A DNA stretch of 64,000 nt from contig NC_057718.1 in NCBI RefSeq assembly GCF_004010195.1, forward strand, positions 24,297,414-24,361,413, in the 5' to 3' direction. The first letter of the stretch is position 1, and every line of letters begins with the position of its first letter. Below, piece after piece: positions 61,412 through 64,000 of the stretch. Below the pieces are notes generated by a model. The model was not told where the DNA came from. It was given only the letters and a program-made list of their open reading frames with translations, and made no database searches. Source of the DNA: Chiloscyllium plagiosum (lineage: Eukaryota). The position numbers and the translations under genes are program-made.

Positions 61412-64000
61412 TACCATGTTTAACCTACTTGCAATCAGGATATGACCTTCTCCCCAAATTGCTGCAGTCCTTCAAGTGATGCTACTACTATAAAATTAAG
61501 ACAGGAATTCCAGACGCTTAAGCCAGTAAATCAAAGATACATGATTTATTATGTGCTTGGTAGGGAAGTATTAAGGAACTTAGGCTGCAATGCGTACAAG
61601 CTAGATGTTGCTGTGCGCACCATGTTGTGGTAGTAAAATATTTGATTCTGAAGTTGGGGCATCAGACAAGCAAACTGCTGTTGCTTCGGTGATCTCAAGC
61701 TTCTTGAATATATCTTTTCATGTCTAGAGTCAAAATCAGAGTCTTCCATTGCACACCTTACCTGAGCCTTTTGTGCATGAAAGAGGTTTTGAGAGTTCGA
61801 GATGAGCCACTTACTGCAAAGTTCCCAACCTCTCCCTTGCTCTTATCCAATAATTTGAACACTATTGCTACCTGTTCAGTGGTAGCCTCCCAAGATATTG
61901 ATTGTTGGGCGTGGCAGGGCATGGGGTGAATGAGAAGAAGGGCAGTACCATTAATATAAAGAGTAGATAGCTAGGCTGCCTTGTGTTTAATGTGACCATT
62001 ACGTAACATTTTGCACCACAAACATTGCACCACATTTTGTTCACCTTCAAAAATAATGAATGAGAGTTGTGAAATTTGTTTTAAATGCTCTTTAAACACT
62101 TGATGCGTAATGGTGGTTAGAAAGACTTTCAAATACACACATTGGAGTTGTTGGAACCTGTATTTTTTAAAACTGACGCAGAATAGCTTTCAATAAAGTG
62201 ATCCATGTCTACCACACCCAAATGATAAGCAACTCCAACCTTCATTTTGGTTCCCTCTTCCCAAAGGAAGGCATTTACAGCGACAGTTATTCTGTGTATC
62301 TGCAGAATACATTGAACTTGGGAAAGCATTTCAAAGCACTTCAGAAAAGTGGGAGGAAAAATGGACTTCAAGCCAATGGGGAAGGCTCCGGAGACCTGAG
62401 TAAAAGTGTCCAAAGAGAACTTTGAAGATGGAAAGCAAATGCTTTAAGTTGGCAACCCCAGAACTTTGGGGCCTAGGTAGCTAAAGGTACACGTGCTAAT
62501 GGTAATGCAAAGGAAAGGGAGTTTAGAAAAGGGCGAAGTCAGTGAAAAAGAGAATTTAGTGGTAAGGTGTAGGAATGGAGGTCCCTACATAACTAGGGAA
62601 AGGGGGAGCCTGGTGAAATTTAAGTGAAAGTCTAAGAACTACAAATTTGAGGCATTGAGGGAAGAGGAAGTGCATTGCAGGTCAATGCCCTTTAAGATGC
62701 ATTGATAATTATGACTATTTAAGAATGACGTACTGGAGACCATTGGAATAACCAAGTCAGGAGGCAACAAGGCATGAGTGAGGATTTCAGTCACTTGGTG
62801 GGGGTGAAGTAAAGGAGGAGGCTGGCAATGCGGAGATGCCAGGATGCAGCTTCTCATGGGTCCAAGGATTTCTCATTTAGCCAGTTTCTGTGAAATTGAC
62901 AATGAAATGGGTTAGAGCTTTACGTGACATTAATTGAGATCTTTGTTGCTGCTGCATTGGCAATTGTGCTCTGGCTGTATATGTTGAGCTTACAGTGGCT
63001 TGCTTCAGGCACCTTGGGAGAGGTGTAGCATCAGCCTGGCATCTGGACAAACAATGCTGCATGCTTTAACTGTTCAGGTCTTTTATCTGTGAATAAGCAT
63101 TGGATTTGTAATTTGTCCTGGGACCAATTAATTGCACATGTGGTACTGTCTACTTTGCTATAATTAAGATCTCTTTTCGCAAAGTAGTTCCATTCCATGA
63201 AGATATGTGGTTTGTAATGCAAAATGTCAAATTGCTTCCCTTGTTTCAATTTGCTTTATTTGCTTGGCATCTTGGAATCTCTGCTTCTGTTGGGTGGTCT
63301 TTCAGGACTTGTAACATGCCCTGGTGCAGCAGCTCTGCTGTGATGTATTTTAATATTTATGTCAATTGCATGATGGGTCATACAAGGGAGTAAGCAGTTT
63401 TCTTTCCTAACTTCCACTTGATCTTCCCAGGGATAATTAAAAGTTATAGGTGTGCAACAAAATGTCTTCATTCAAATATGAAAACATGTACAATGATCAT
63501 TCCTTTGCAGTTCTTGCTTAGTTATAAGATCAGTAAACCTACTGTGCAACCATTGTCAAATTTACGTAGTGATCCTGTAGATCTTGAGTACTTATGCCAG
63601 TGTGGCAGTAGTGAAGATATTTTTATTCCCCATATCTTTAAACTGCACTCAGCCACCAATTAATTTCATCTGGACTGAACAAAATTGGCCGATCTGTTCA
63701 ATAAGATGGTAGATTTCTTGTGTGGGCATACCAACTACCAGCACTATATGAACTGCTGTTCGTGGTAAAGGTTGCTACCACCATTCTTGCTTGGTATAGG
63801 ATACTAAAGGGCCTGCATGTCTAGTGAGGGAAAGGAAAACCATTCCTAGTCAAACTAGAAGAGTTTCTTCCAGTTAACAAATAGTTGATTGCATGTTAGC
63901 AACTAGTTACAGGTTGGAGTGACATGATGGATTGTAAAACAGACTTTGAGGTGAGTTAAATACCTGGTTCTATCCCCTTAAGAACCTTACCTGTTTTGGC

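Noticed and set aside
12400..64000. Coding exons of expected neighbours ENPP5, ENPP4 and CLIC5
   Set aside because: No recognisable peptide motifs were found, although very short exons could have been missed.

Overview
Eukaryotic, repeat-rich genomic DNA, most likely from a shark (inferred from elasmobranch HE1-type V-SINEs and HER1/CR1 LINEs), with five assembly gaps. The only host coding sequence I can support is the terminal exon of RCAN2 (9574-9734, +), followed by a long repeat-poor 3' UTR. Most of the rest is nested transposon debris: CR1 LINEs (two with SGNH-esterase ORF1), HE1 and Deu-type SINEs, TA-flanked MITEs, a solo LTR, and Penelope-like elements (PLEs). Two things stand out. 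(1) A decayed endogenous retrovirus (23422-28135, -) has a gamma/epsilon-like pol and an env TM subunit with a Cys-bounded internal fusion loop and an 'LICGL..GNST..ELR...DYLL..GGVC-x6-C' layout resembling filovirus GP2/ASLV TM. (2) A young PLE family carries minimal hammerhead ribozymes and has repeatedly inserted as ~200-240 bp fold-back palindromes with 14-15 bp TSDs, each turning at the hammerhead. Family assignments rest on recognised motifs, not database searches.
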